From IMG/VR virus record IMGVR_UViG_3300050821_007134, positions 107,074 to 171,073 of that record: a stretch of DNA of 64,000 bases, one strand, 5' to 3'. Positions 1 to 9,478 of the stretch are shown here, one piece after another (within the stretch, counting starts at the first letter, position 1; the number at the start of each line of letters is the position of its first letter). This DNA is from a virus. Made by a program: the position numbers and the translations under genes. The notes under the pieces were generated by a model. That model was not told where the DNA came from and did no database searches. It was given only the letters and a program-made list of their open reading frames with translations.

Positions 1-211
1 TATTTCCTGTGTTATCTTTGATCGTTTTGTATATGGTCCACATTGCATCAACAGGACTGCTGTTACTGTCGGCGTCAATGAATCCCACGGGCATATCGAG
101 GCCGAAAAAAATCTTTATCCAAGACTTTAAATGGGCAGCACTTTCTAGAGGAGCAAATAGTTGCTCCGCCATTTCTTGCAGTTTTTCTGGTGTTTGCTCT
201 CTAAAATTCAT
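1..211 (-). CDS. Partial ORF running off the window's left edge (MNFREQTPEKLQEMAEQLFAPLESAAHLKSWIKIFFGLDMPVGFIDADSNSSPVDAMWTIY...); function unknown
   Basis: My translation of the minus strand; open from ATG 211 to the edge; ATGA overlap with the 208..387 stop; not in the ORF track. Confidence 0.65.
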   Translation of the reverse strand, partial: MNFREQTPEKLQEMAEQLFAPLESAAHLKSWIKIFFGLDMPVGFIDADSNSSPVDAMWTIYKTIKDNTGN

Positions 212-387
212 GTGATCTTTTTCCAGGCTACCGTTATCAAATAAGAGATGCCTAACAAACAAAGATGTATGTGCAGTCCTTTTTGATAGCCGCTATGTCT
301 TACGGAATGCTTCATTATGTGAATCATTAAAATCGAATGGTCACCATGCATTTCGCAGGCTTCGATTTCAACTCCTAAGATGTTCAC
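208..387 (-). CDS. Small hypothetical protein, 59 aa (MNILGVEIEACEMHGDHS...WKKIT)
   Basis: GTG start overlaps the 384..899 stop (GTGA) and its TGA overlaps the next ATG; fills the gap exactly. Confidence 0.55.
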   Translation of the reverse strand: MNILGVEIEACEMHGDHSILMIHIMKHSVRHSGYQKGLHIHLCLLGISYLITVAWKKIT

Positions 388-899
388 TCAGTTTCGCTTT
401 TTGGCATCGTATCAACGACAGGCGTTTCTTTTTCCTTCAAGAAAATATTTACAAGCGATTGAGTGGCTGGAGCCGCTTCTTTAATTGCTTTGTGTCTATC
501 GTTGTACAGCTTTAAAAGTTCGTCAGCACTTGGCTGAGGAATGACTTCTTTTGAAAATGCACGTCTTTGAGTATGATTTGATACTTGCGCATTTCTGGCT
601 ATGATCTCATCTGGAGTCAGTTCCGTGGGTTTCTTTTTAAGGGGTTTTTCTCCCTGACTAAAACCAATGCTAGTTAAATCTAGTCCATTTTGAAGAGCAT
701 ATTTTTTAAGCATGACAAGTGCTAAATGAAGTTGTCTTATCTCTTCATTGGCCTTATCAAGTGCCGCCAAGGCATCATACAACTGAGCCTCGGTGTCCAC
801 GGGAGATTGCTCGACTAGATCGGATTCAGAAACTCCACTTAGACCTACACCTAGATCCAATTGATTCACATTCAATTCTTCTTCATGTTCGTCTGACAT
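384..899 (-). CDS. Hypothetical protein with acidic N-terminus and coiled-coil
   Basis: 171-aa ORF directly abutting the groEL-like stop. Confidence 0.75.
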   Translation of the reverse strand: MSDEHEEELNVNQLDLGVGLSGVSESDLVEQSPVDTEAQLYDALAALDKANEEIRQLHLALVMLKKYALQNGLDLTSIGFSQGEKPLKKKPTELTPDEIIARNAQVSNHTQRRAFSKEVIPQPSADELLKLYNDRHKAIKEAAPATQSLVNIFLKEKETPVVDTMPKSETE

Positions 900-2672
900 T
901 TAGGGCCTCTCATTCGCTTCGTTTACATATTGATCGGCCTGTGATGTCGCTCGACCGAATTCAGCGTCAGCCTTGGCTTCAGATCTTTCGAACTGATCGT
1001 CCCTAGGATGGCATACGATGCCGCCGCAGGTTCCAAGGATGGTTGCGATACTTACCGCATTAGATAAAGATTCCTCCACAGCCTTCGTGGCGTCAAATAG
1101 GCCTAACTCCTCAGCTTTTCCGAATCGTTGATTTTCAATGTCGTAGACTTCGTCAGGACTTTCGATCAATTTCCTAATAACGGCTTCGGCTTCTTCCGGG
1201 ATGTATCCGGAGTTATCCAGAAGCTTATTCGGTAGCGAAAGGAGGGACGGCATGAGTACTTCCCTTGCCGGGTCTCCGGCCTCAAGCTCAGAATCCAGCT
1301 TAAGCGCCATGTCGATTGCGATTCGGCAGCCGCCTGGCAAAGCTCCATGTTTAATGGCGCTTCTGACTGCGCATACGGCGTCTTCGCATCTATCGTGAGC
1401 TTCTTTGAGTTCGCCATTTGAACCCCCATAAATGGTTAATTTGGCAATACCGTTTGTAATTTTACCCAATCGTTCTTGAAGCCATATTCTATCGGCTTCG
1501 GATTCGGCACCTTCCATCATTTTGTTAAGTTCTTCTGCGCGCATTTCTACCAATGTAGTATCGGGGTTACCGATAACTGTGGATCGAAACCTGTAGCATT
1601 CAAAAGACTCTGAACCAACACCAAGTTGACCCATATGTCCATTCTGAACTGGGTCCTTCATACTGAACACTTTGGCCCCAGTAAAGGCGGCCAAATCATG
1701 TAAGAAGTGGAGTTGACTATTAGTGAACTGATGCATTGGCGTAACCAGTGGAACAACATTCAATGTGTTTGGATTGTTCATGTTAAACGCCAATTGCGTC
1801 AGGACTGTTTCGCTAAAACCATGAGCAACGATTACAATATTCTTGTAATCACTGTCACCTTCTTCAACGAACTTTTTTCCGCAGCTGTCTAAAAGGCCTT
1901 GGAAACCCATTAAATCATTTACATTACCGTCATAAAGGATGTAGAGAGGTTTTTCTAAGTAGCATCTTTGGTTGGCTTGATCATTGATGAATGCTGTGTG
2001 AAATTTACCAATACTCTCTTCGTATCCCATAGGAATAGGAAACCCATCGATTCGCTCGACCTTATATCCGGATTTTCCGGAAAGTTCGCGAATTGTGACG
2101 TGGGAACTATCTCCATACCCTACTTCTTCAAATGCTTGGATAACGGCATTGGCCATATCAGTATCGCCATTGGCGCTGACAGTCGCAACCATCTTAAGCA
2201 TTTCTTTATTATCTACGCCGACTTTAATGCTACGAGAACGAATGTAAGGAACCAATAATTCTTTGGTTACTTTTGCAATTCGTCTAGCGGCTTTCTGAGG
2301 GCTGTATTTTGGATTCTTTTTACAGAAATCAAATAAGTTAGCTATAATGTTATAAGAAAGGATGGTAGCCGTAGTGGTACCGTCTCCCGCTTCGGATGCG
2401 GTTCTCTTAGCGGCATCGCGAGCTTGCTCGGTGATCAAATGCTCATATGCATCGATTGCGCCTAGACTGTCAAAAACAGTAACGCCGTCTTTTGTATTTT
2501 TGTTGCCGATTCCAGGGAAATCACTTTCTATTAAAATATTCATGCCGCCGGGGCCAAGCGTTCTTCCAACGGCTTCTGAGACACGGTGCATCGTTTTAAG
2601 AATTTTATTCTGAAGTGTTTTTTTGTCGATCTCATAAACCTTAGGGGCCGACTTCGCTTTTCTATAAGACAT
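900..2672 (-). CDS. groEL: GroEL/Cpn60-like phage chaperonin (about 590 aa)
   Basis: TLGPGG, TKDGVTV, EAGDGTTTAT, SANGD, ERLGK, ALPGGC motifs; ATG at 2672 preceded by AGGAGG (track start 2768 is probably too long); no C-terminal GGM tail. Confidence 0.92.
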   Translation of the reverse strand: MSYRKAKSAPKVYEIDKKTLQNKILKTMHRVSEAVGRTLGPGGMNILIESDFPGIGNKNTKDGVTVFDSLGAIDAYEHLITEQARDAAKRTASEAGDGTTTATILSYNIIANLFDFCKKNPKYSPQKAARRIAKVTKELLVPYIRSRSIKVGVDNKEMLKMVATVSANGDTDMANAVIQAFEEVGYGDSSHVTIRELSGKSGYKVERIDGFPIPMGYEESIGKFHTAFINDQANQRCYLEKPLYILYDGNVNDLMGFQGLLDSCGKKFVEEGDSDYKNIVIVAHGFSETVLTQLAFNMNNPNTLNVVPLVTPMHQFTNSQLHFLHDLAAFTGAKVFSMKDPVQNGHMGQLGVGSESFECYRFRSTVIGNPDTTLVEMRAEELNKMMEGAESEADRIWLQERLGKITNGIAKLTIYGGSNGELKEAHDRCEDAVCAVRSAIKHGALPGGCRIAIDMALKLDSELEAGDPAREVLMPSLLSLPNKLLDNSGYIPEEAEAVIRKLIESPDEVYDIENQRFGKAEELGLFDATKAVEESLSNAVSIATILGTCGGIVCHPRDDQFERSEAKADAEFGRATSQADQYVNEANERP

Positions 2673-2691
2673 CTTGTGTCCTCCTGTTTCT

Positions 2692-2729
2692 CGCTTTGTA
2701 TATATCACAACTCCATGATATACAAAGCG
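2692..2729. promoter_or_regulatory. Perfect 12-bp inverted repeat (CGCTTTGTATAT-N14-ATATACAAAGCG) giving TTGTAT-N17-TATACA on both strands; candidate bidirectional promoter/operator
   Basis: Read directly in the 58-bp divergent gap between the chaperonin and helicase genes. Confidence 0.6.
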
Positions 2730-2730
2730 T

Positions 2731-4278
2731 ATGGAATTAATTATTGAAAATCCCGTGAAGGCCGTCATTAAAGGGGCCGATGTACAAACCTTGATTGCTC
2801 TTAAAGAAGAGCTTACCTACGTTAATACGGGGAATAAGCAACAACTTAAACGCCTGGTCCACAGTCAATGGGAGAAAAATAAAGATCCCGAGAAATGGGC
2901 TGCTGACATTGAATGGCTTAAGAACCACATAACTAACGTCCTCATGTTTAAAGATCAACAAAATCAAGTATTTATACGTCCGGGTTCAATTTCATATTTA
3001 ACACAATTTACAGATTACAATTTACAAATTGTAAATCATGTGGAATATCCAACACCTAAGGCGGTGGCTTGGGCTCATAAGCTACCATTTGAATTACACG
3101 ACTATCAACAAGAGAGTGTCGACAAGTTTATTGCGGTGCATCATGGCCATGTAGCACTTTGTACGGGGTCCGGAAAGAGCGCAATCATCCTAAAGTATTG
3201 TAGAGAGACAGGTTTTCGGACTGCCATTGTAGCACCTTCATCTAGCATTTTTAACGAGCTTTATGACAAATTTGAACATCATTTAGGTCGAGTTCATACG
3301 GGCGGTTTCGGGGATGGTAAAAAGAAACTGGACAAAAGATTTACAGTTTGCATTGGCGATAGTTTGGTCAATATAGAAGAGGGCAGCGAAGAATGGGAAT
3401 TTTTCAGTAACCTCGATGCCATCGTTGTCGACGAAAGCCATACATGGGCCGCTGAAACTCTTGACAAACTTTGTCATGGCCTTTTCGCGAAAGTCCCGAA
3501 TCGTATCTTCTTAAGTGGTACGCAGGTTCGCGGAGACGGCGCCGGTAAGCTCCTGGAGAGCATCATTGGCCCAAGGCAGGTAGAACTCACCACTGAAGAG
3601 GCTATCAGGAAGGGTTACATTTGTGACCACGATTTCTCGATTGTAGAGCTTGAGTCAAGTAATCCCAGTTATCAAAATGCCGATATAATGAAAATGAAGC
3701 GCGTTCACTTCCTAAACAATAGAAATATCGCGGCCTTTACGGCCAAGTTCGCAAATGTTATGGCAGCTCAAGGATTACAAACTCTTGTTTTAGTTCAAGA
3801 ATTAAGTCAAATTGCAATGTTCATAAAGCTGCTTAGGCCGGAAACGACGTTTGCTTATGCGCATAGTCAAACATCCAAAAAGGAACTTTTAAAAATAGGT
3901 CTTGAGCCGGTCGACAAAGAAGACGCAGTTGAAAGATTTAATAAAAATGAGATCAAGGTCCTAATAGGAACAAGCTGTATCGCCACGGGAACCAATATAT
4001 TCCCCATGAGACATACATTCAATTGGGTCGGAGGATCTTCCGAGATCAACGCGAAACAGGGGGCCGTAGGCCGCACAGTTCGCCTGTGGGAACATAACCC
4101 CTGGAAAGACAAATGCGTGAGACATACCAAAAAGACGATCTGGGATTTCGATGTCTATGATATAGATGCATTAGGACACCAACTGGTTAAAAGAATTGAA
4201 TATTATAGAGATTCTGGAACCGAAATCAAAAGGATCAATTTAAGTGGCAAAACAAAAGCGTCAGGAGAGGTTCGATGA
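2731..4278 (+). CDS. Superfamily 2 DNA helicase (UvsW/RAD25-like)
   Basis: Q-motif LHDYQ, Walker A CTGSGKS, DESH box, motif III LSGT, motif VI QGAVGRTVR. Confidence 0.88.
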   Translation: MELIIENPVKAVIKGADVQTLIALKEELTYVNTGNKQQLKRLVHSQWEKNKDPEKWAADIEWLKNHITNVLMFKDQQNQVFIRPGSISYLTQFTDYNLQIVNHVEYPTPKAVAWAHKLPFELHDYQQESVDKFIAVHHGHVALCTGSGKSAIILKYCRETGFRTAIVAPSSSIFNELYDKFEHHLGRVHTGGFGDGKKKLDKRFTVCIGDSLVNIEEGSEEWEFFSNLDAIVVDESHTWAAETLDKLCHGLFAKVPNRIFLSGTQVRGDGAGKLLESIIGPRQVELTTEEAIRKGYICDHDFSIVELESSNPSYQNADIMKMKRVHFLNNRNIAAFTAKFANVMAAQGLQTLVLVQELSQIAMFIKLLRPETTFAYAHSQTSKKELLKIGLEPVDKEDAVERFNKNEIKVLIGTSCIATGTNIFPMRHTFNWVGGSSEINAKQGAVGRTVRLWEHNPWKDKCVRHTKKTIWDFDVYDIDALGHQLVKRIEYYRDSGTEIKRINLSGKTKASGEVR

Positions 4279-5278
4279 TTCCTTCTATAAATTAGCCGCT
4301 GAGGTTACCCGATCGCTTGAAAAAAACAAGCTTGACGGTACTATCCAAGAACAGCAAGTAGAAGAGCTTTTAGATGCCGAATTAAAATTCAAAGAAGACA
4401 TCCTAAGATACCGACAATCCTCAAAAATTTACGTAAAATTCCTAAATAAGATCTGTGAAACTAACCGAAATATTTTATCCGCAAGGCCCTATTTTCGGGA
4501 AACTGCGCCCACATTTTCCAAAAAAATCACTCCGGCCATTAAAACAAAAGATATCACAATTCTCAAGACTTTTAATATAAATTATCAATTTATTAAGTTC
4601 ATCAGAGAAAATTGGCTTGGTCCATTCCCTAAGAGAGCCCAGGAACTTTATGAAAGGGTTTTCACAGCCCGAACCAAGTTGATTGAAAATAACATGCCTT
4701 TGGCGATAAACCGCGCAAAGTTGTTCTATCGTAAGACTCCAAAAAGTCATCTGACTTTGATGGACTTTATCGGAATCTGTTCCATGGGTCTGGCCGCTGG
4801 TATCGATAAATGGTGCGGCAAATATTCTCCGGTCTTCCGTTCCGTGTGTATTGGTCGCATGGTTGGAAATATGATTGACAGTTATAGCGAAACGATGTTA
4901 CATTTCTACCCATCAGACAAAAGGGTGCTCTATAAAGCCCACACAATTCGAGGCCGAAAAGGAATAGAAAAGATTGACAATTTAACTACTGCGGTCAATA
5001 ATGCCTTCAAACAGGATCAAATTGACGGTAAAACAATTCCGAAAGATGAAATTAACGTGAGCGAACTTAGCGCCCTTATGAATGCAGCCAGTACAGTGTC
5101 AGCGGACGCAACAGTTAACGACGAAGGTTATGGTGTTTATGCATATACGGAAGATACGACTCAAGACACGGAAGCGTCCTACATTAAAAAAGAAGCTACT
5201 GAGAGGATGCTCCACTGTGCGAAAGATCTTCCAATCCTTCATAAAAAAGTTCTTAGGCTAAAAGGCGTTAAGATATGA
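4244..5278 (+). CDS. Phage sigma70-family factor (region 2/3-like; ends before the region 4.2 HTH)
   Basis: LIENNMPLAINRAK...LMDFIGICSMGLAAGIDKW...FRSVCIGRM matches the region 2 pattern; C-terminus LPILHKKVLRL resembles only the start of region 4. Confidence 0.7.
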   Translation: MAKQKRQERFDDSFYKLAAEVTRSLEKNKLDGTIQEQQVEELLDAELKFKEDILRYRQSSKIYVKFLNKICETNRNILSARPYFRETAPTFSKKITPAIKTKDITILKTFNINYQFIKFIRENWLGPFPKRAQELYERVFTARTKLIENNMPLAINRAKLFYRKTPKSHLTLMDFIGICSMGLAAGIDKWCGKYSPVFRSVCIGRMVGNMIDSYSETMLHFYPSDKRVLYKAHTIRGRKGIEKIDNLTTAVNNAFKQDQIDGKTIPKDEINVSELSALMNAASTVSADATVNDEGYGVYAYTEDTTQDTEASYIKKEATERMLHCAKDLPILHKKVLRLKGVKI

Positions 5279-5616
5279 AGTTCCGAAAGAAACCAGTTGT
5301 CATAGAAGCCTTTCAATGGTTCATGAATGGTGATCATCCTGAAGATGATGTTTTTAGACCGTTCGAAGATACCGGCGTAGTTCCAAAGGCACCAAGAGAA
5401 GGTAAAATTGTTAGATACTTTAGACATCCTGATATGCCTGGCAATGTAGTCTGCGGAAACTGTGAACAGACCATGCACTTTCATGGCTGGATTGATACAC
5501 TTGAAGGCGGACACAATGTATGCCCAGGTGATTGGATTATTACCGGAGTCAAGGGCGAACGATATCCCTGCAAACCGGACATTTTTGAAATGACTTATGA
5601 AAGGGTAGAAGAATGA
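5275..5616 (+). CDS. Conserved phage protein (KKPVVIEA...TLEG...GDWIITGVKGE.YPCKPDIF family)
   Basis: Recognisable widespread phage motif; function unknown. Confidence 0.75.
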   Translation: MKFRKKPVVIEAFQWFMNGDHPEDDVFRPFEDTGVVPKAPREGKIVRYFRHPDMPGNVVCGNCEQTMHFHGWIDTLEGGHNVCPGDWIITGVKGERYPCKPDIFEMTYERVEE

Positions 5617-6020
5617 GCGACAAAGATTTGGCCGGTAATGGGCCTGAATATCAAATGGATAAAAAAGATACACCAGAAAAAGGATCATACGACAGATATG
5701 TAGCTCCTCCGTTTTCTATCAACAACAAATTCATAGTGGAAGCCTACAATAGCGATAGAGCCCTAAAATCTGTTGAACGCAATGGTTTTGCTATGGTCTC
5801 TCAGAAAGTTATGGTCGTTGGCCTTAAGCTTCTTCTAGATGCGGTCATTAAAGATTATTCGGAGACTTCTCGTTTGGTCCCAAAGGGATCTTTGATCTAT
5901 GTTAAAGAAGAACTTTTACATACCAATCCTGGAATCAAAAGAATATTTGAAAGTGATGCCGTTGAAGGCAAATTTAACATCCTAGAAATGTCTTGGGTTG
6001 AATTCGTGGTGCCGCGATGA
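5613..6020 (+). CDS. Hypothetical protein, possible divergent GroES/gp31-like co-chaperonin
   Basis: SINNKFIVE..K...NGFAM..QK...LKLL...VPKGSLIYV...EGKFNILEMSWVEFV follows the GroES strand pattern; chaperonin nearby. Confidence 0.4.
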   Translation: MSDKDLAGNGPEYQMDKKDTPEKGSYDRYVAPPFSINNKFIVEAYNSDRALKSVERNGFAMVSQKVMVVGLKLLLDAVIKDYSETSRLVPKGSLIYVKEELLHTNPGIKRIFESDAVEGKFNILEMSWVEFVVPR

Positions 6021-6262
6021 AAAACTTAGCGCCGACAATTACAAAAAATAAGCCATATAGAGAGTATGATTTTGCCGATGCCAATGGCAAGACTTTATCC
6101 GGTTTCAAAAAAGGCAAACTTGTTTATGCCGTTTTGGTTCCATATAAAGGAAAAGGAACTCCTAAAGTTATACTTCATGAAGCCCTTCTTATGGGCGAAG
6201 AAGCTTCCTTTGGGTATGGCGGAGGCAAAGCCTGGGTTTTAAAGCCTAAGAGCAAAAGATGA
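6017..6262 (+). CDS. Hypothetical basic protein
   Basis: 81-aa ORF, ATGA-coupled at both ends. Confidence 0.7.
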   Translation: MKNLAPTITKNKPYREYDFADANGKTLSGFKKGKLVYAVLVPYKGKGTPKVILHEALLMGEEASFGYGGGKAWVLKPKSKR

Positions 6263-7266
6263 AAGTGTTGCGGATTGGGGACCCCCATGTAAAATTTAAC
6301 AATCTCGAAGACTGTGAAAAGCTGATGCACTTCATAGTTGATATTATTCTCAAGTATAGCCCAGATCGTGTTGAAATCCTTGGTGATTTATTCCATACTC
6401 ACTACATTGTACGCCTGGAAGTCCTTGATTTCTGGGATGCATGGCTCGATGTTCTAAGCGATGCCTGCGATGTTGTTGTCTTAGAAGGCAATCACGATCA
6501 GCTTGGTGATACAGACGCAAGTATGGGTACCATCCGCGTGTTCAAACGTTTGGCTCAGAATAAGATCCTGAAGAAGAGCCGTACCAGACTGAGAATTGTG
6601 GATTGTCCCCAGTACGATGGAATTATAGCATATATGCCATATGTCCATGATAAGGCCAAGTTTGTCGACATGGCCAATTCAATGGCTTCAGACGCAGGAT
6701 GTAAAGTTCTCGTTTGCCATCAAACATTCGAGGGCGCTACTTATGAAAATGGCATGTATGCTCCAGACGGTATTAATCTTTCCGACCTAAAATACGATGT
6801 CGTAATAAGCGGACATATCCATACATATCAACGGTTTGGCAATCTCATCTACCCCGGAACTATGAAGTGGGATACGGCATCGGATGCAAACAAGGAAAAG
6901 GGCATTTGGCTCTATGAACATGACGATGTAACTGGAAAAATTATCTCAGAAGAACTCATTAGGACCCATGGAGTTATTCCTCCGTTGGTCAGCATAACTT
7001 GGATTGAAGGACAGGAACAGCTTGCGATCCCCAGCGGCGCCCGAGTGACCATCGAACTTATCGGCAGTTCCGAATGGGTCAATAAACAGAAGAATGAGCT
7101 TAAAGGCTTTGTAAGCATCAAGTCAAAAATCACAGACCGAGCCCGGCCCGAAAATAGAAAGACCGGAAAGAACTTGGAAGAATTTGTTAGAGATCATTTC
7201 GAGCCCATTGAAGGCGTTTCTAAAGACGAACTTTTAGCCTACATGAAGGGAAGTTTAAATGTCTGA
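6259..7266 (+). CDS. SbcD/Mre11/gp47-like recombination nuclease
   Basis: GDPH, GDLFH, GNHD, CHQ, SGHIH, YPGT phosphoesterase motifs; SbcC partner downstream. Confidence 0.85.
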   Translation: MKVLRIGDPHVKFNNLEDCEKLMHFIVDIILKYSPDRVEILGDLFHTHYIVRLEVLDFWDAWLDVLSDACDVVVLEGNHDQLGDTDASMGTIRVFKRLAQNKILKKSRTRLRIVDCPQYDGIIAYMPYVHDKAKFVDMANSMASDAGCKVLVCHQTFEGATYENGMYAPDGINLSDLKYDVVISGHIHTYQRFGNLIYPGTMKWDTASDANKEKGIWLYEHDDVTGKIISEELIRTHGVIPPLVSITWIEGQEQLAIPSGARVTIELIGSSEWVNKQKNELKGFVSIKSKITDRARPENRKTGKNLEEFVRDHFEPIEGVSKDELLAYMKGSLNV

Positions 7267-7675
7267 CGAAAAGATGACACCTGAAAAGATCAAAGATATG
7301 GCTAAGTTGGTTCATCTTAGCGGACGCATCAGCGAATTCCATGAGAAGAATCTGAAAATGTATCCTTATGTATTTTTTGACGGCGTACTCGAAGCAAAAA
7401 TAGAATATGACTTTTCCCATAGGCCATCAGATAGCGGTCCAAAGGAATCTCCTAAAACTCCAGATGAATTCTATAAAGAGATTGGTCGGGCTGCCATGAA
7501 CATGAGGTCTGATTCCTATGTGGCCTATAGACTTAAAATTAACGATAATCCTATGCAACCCCATATGGATAAAAGATTTGATGCTCTTGAAAAATCAGTA
7601 AGGAGCCTTTTCTGGAACGATGTTATAGTAAAGGTTTACTTTAACGACAAAATAGTGTATGAGTCACGTAAATGA
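7259..7675 (+). CDS. Hypothetical protein
   Basis: 138-aa ORF in operon. Confidence 0.75.
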   Translation: MSDEKMTPEKIKDMAKLVHLSGRISEFHEKNLKMYPYVFFDGVLEAKIEYDFSHRPSDSGPKESPKTPDEFYKEIGRAAMNMRSDSYVAYRLKINDNPMQPHMDKRFDALEKSVRSLFWNDVIVKVYFNDKIVYESRK

Positions 7676-7758
7676 TTAAAGATATAGCGGTAATGGCAGT
7701 TGCTTTACTTTCAGTGGTTGCATTCTTTACTGCATTCCCAGGAAAGAAGAAGAGATGA
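7672..7758 (+). CDS. Small single-TM peptide, 28 aa (MIKDIAVMAVALLSVVAFFTAFPGKKKR)
   Basis: ATGA overlaps at both ends fill the gap exactly; hydrophobic core with basic tail. Confidence 0.55.
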   Translation: MIKDIAVMAVALLSVVAFFTAFPGKKKR

Positions 7759-8459
7759 GCAAGCTACCAGAGAAGAAAGAAACGTTGCCTGAACCTACTA
7801 CCGACATCGGCGAAGGCGACATGAACCGTCTCACGGCTTTCCTAGAAGCTGGATTGCCAGGTATTGTCAATTTGACCCAAGAAAAGATAAATGACATGCT
7901 AGAACTTTACATGGACGGCGCCAGCTATTCCAGTCTTGCTATGGACATGAAGGTAAAAAAAGAACTCGTTCTTTATGCAGCGTATAAAGGTGATTGGTTC
8001 GCGGTTAGAAAAGACCATTTGGCAGAATTATCCAGCCAATTGGCACAGACTGTAGCGGCCACTAAAATAAGAAATAGAATCACCATGAAAAAGGCCATTG
8101 ATCATAAGCGTAGGATTTTAGACGATCTCATTGGCTATTATAATAGAACTAGGGACCGCATCACCAAAGAAGAGATTGATAAAGAAACCATGGCCTATGC
8201 CAAATTGGTTGAACAATACGAAAAACTCGAAAGCGATGAGTCGAACAAAGCTCCTAAAACCCCTCCATTTGGCCTTCAGGTTGGAGCCACAGGCGTTAAA
8301 ATTACTAATAACCAAACCGGTCAATCAGTGGATGTAACCCCTAAAAAGGAGAGTCCGGGTGCTGCCCTCGAACGTATGGCAGAAGAGGAACGGGAAGAGG
8401 AACGACGTAAAAAGAATGAGAAAATTGTTGACAGTACTGATATAAAAGAAGAAAATTGA
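7755..8459 (+). CDS. HTH-containing protein (terminase-small-subunit-like HTH possible)
   Basis: LELYMDGASYSSLAMDMKVKKELV...W helix-turn-helix pattern followed by coiled-coil. Confidence 0.45.
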   Translation: MSKLPEKKETLPEPTTDIGEGDMNRLTAFLEAGLPGIVNLTQEKINDMLELYMDGASYSSLAMDMKVKKELVLYAAYKGDWFAVRKDHLAELSSQLAQTVAATKIRNRITMKKAIDHKRRILDDLIGYYNRTRDRITKEEIDKETMAYAKLVEQYEKLESDESNKAPKTPPFGLQVGATGVKITNNQTGQSVDVTPKKESPGAALERMAEEEREEERRKKNEKIVDSTDIKEEN

Positions 8460-8491
8460 ACTTTAAAGAACTTTTTAGGAAAGAGGAAAAA

Positions 8492-9478
8492 ATGAAAAAT
8501 CTACTGATCGCATTATGTCTTATTTTCGGCGCCCAGGCGTTCGCCGGAGATCAGATCACACTAACTGTGGACAACACAATCGCCATTAACGATGAGTTTG
8601 ACGGACATTCAGTCTCTCAAATCATCAAAAAGGCACGGGAATTGGATGCCAGAATTCCATCTGGAGATGCCCTTTATCTCGTAATCAACAGCCCAGGCGG
8701 CAGCATTGAAGACGGATTGGAACTCATCGAGAACCTTTCTAACCTCAAACGCCCCGTAATCACAATCACCTTATTCTCGGCCAGTATGGGATTCCAGACT
8801 GTACAAGCATTGGGCGAGCGATACATCACAAATATGGGAACCCTCATGTCACACAGAGCAGCCGGTGGATTCTGGGGCCAAATTCCAGGTTCATTAGGAA
8901 CTCGATACGCTTTCTATTTAAGACGCGTACAAAAACTTGACGAAAATGCAGTCAAGCGATCCAAAGGAAAACTTACAATGGCAACTTATGCCACTCTCAT
9001 TCAGGATGAATACTGGTGTGAAGGCCAAGACTGTATCGACAAAGGTCTAGCCGATAAAATCGTATCTCCTCAGTGCGACAAGAGTTTGACTGGGACAACG
9101 AGTGTTTCAATTTTCCAAGCTCTTATGGGCGCGGTAGTTGAAATTTTCGCAGACTATGATAACTGTCCACTTAACACTAACGTCTTGAAGTACACCCTTT
9201 TGGTGAACGGCGAACCACTCTTTAAAGACGGCGTCAGCATCGAAGAACTTCACAGACTTTTGGGCCAAAAAGAACAGAAAGAAAAAGAAGCGGCTAAAGC
9301 CAAAGAATCCTCTGGTATTTTCAGCTCTTCTTACTTTTCGTCATCTAGCTATGACTATTCTTCTTCTCCCAAGACTCCCATTGATTCTCTGACCAAAGAG
9401 CAAATCCTTGAGATCTGGACCAAGTATCAAGAAGTTAAGAAAAAGAAAGAAAACCGCGACGTTATCAAAGGTTACTAA
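8492..9478 (+). CDS. ClpP/S49-like serine protease with N-terminal signal peptide
   Basis: LVINSPGGS, SASMG (Ser), LMSH (His), GLADKI; MKNLLIALCLIFGAQAFA signal peptide after a GAGGA RBS. Confidence 0.8.
   Translation: MKNLLIALCLIFGAQAFAGDQITLTVDNTIAINDEFDGHSVSQIIKKARELDARIPSGDALYLVINSPGGSIEDGLELIENLSNLKRPVITITLFSASMGFQTVQALGERYITNMGTLMSHRAAGGFWGQIPGSLGTRYAFYLRRVQKLDENAVKRSKGKLTMATYATLIQDEYWCEGQDCIDKGLADKIVSPQCDKSLTGTTSVSIFQALMGAVVEIFADYDNCPLNTNVLKYTLLVNGEPLFKDGVSIEELHRLLGQKEQKEKEAAKAKESSGIFSSSYFSSSSYDYSSSPKTPIDSLTKEQILEIWTKYQEVKKKKENRDVIKGY

Noticed and set aside
1-211. Calling the edge ORF a terminase large subunit
   Set aside because: Context makes it plausible, but no ATPase motif is visible in the 70 codons available
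2692-2729. CIRCE/HrcA operator upstream of the groEL-like gene
   Set aside because: The inverted repeat does not resemble TTAGCACTC-N9-GAGTGCTAA
8428-8456. sigma70 promoter at TTGACA upstream of the exported ClpP-like gene
   Set aside because: The -10 at 17-bp spacing is GAAAAT and lies within coding sequence; too weak to call
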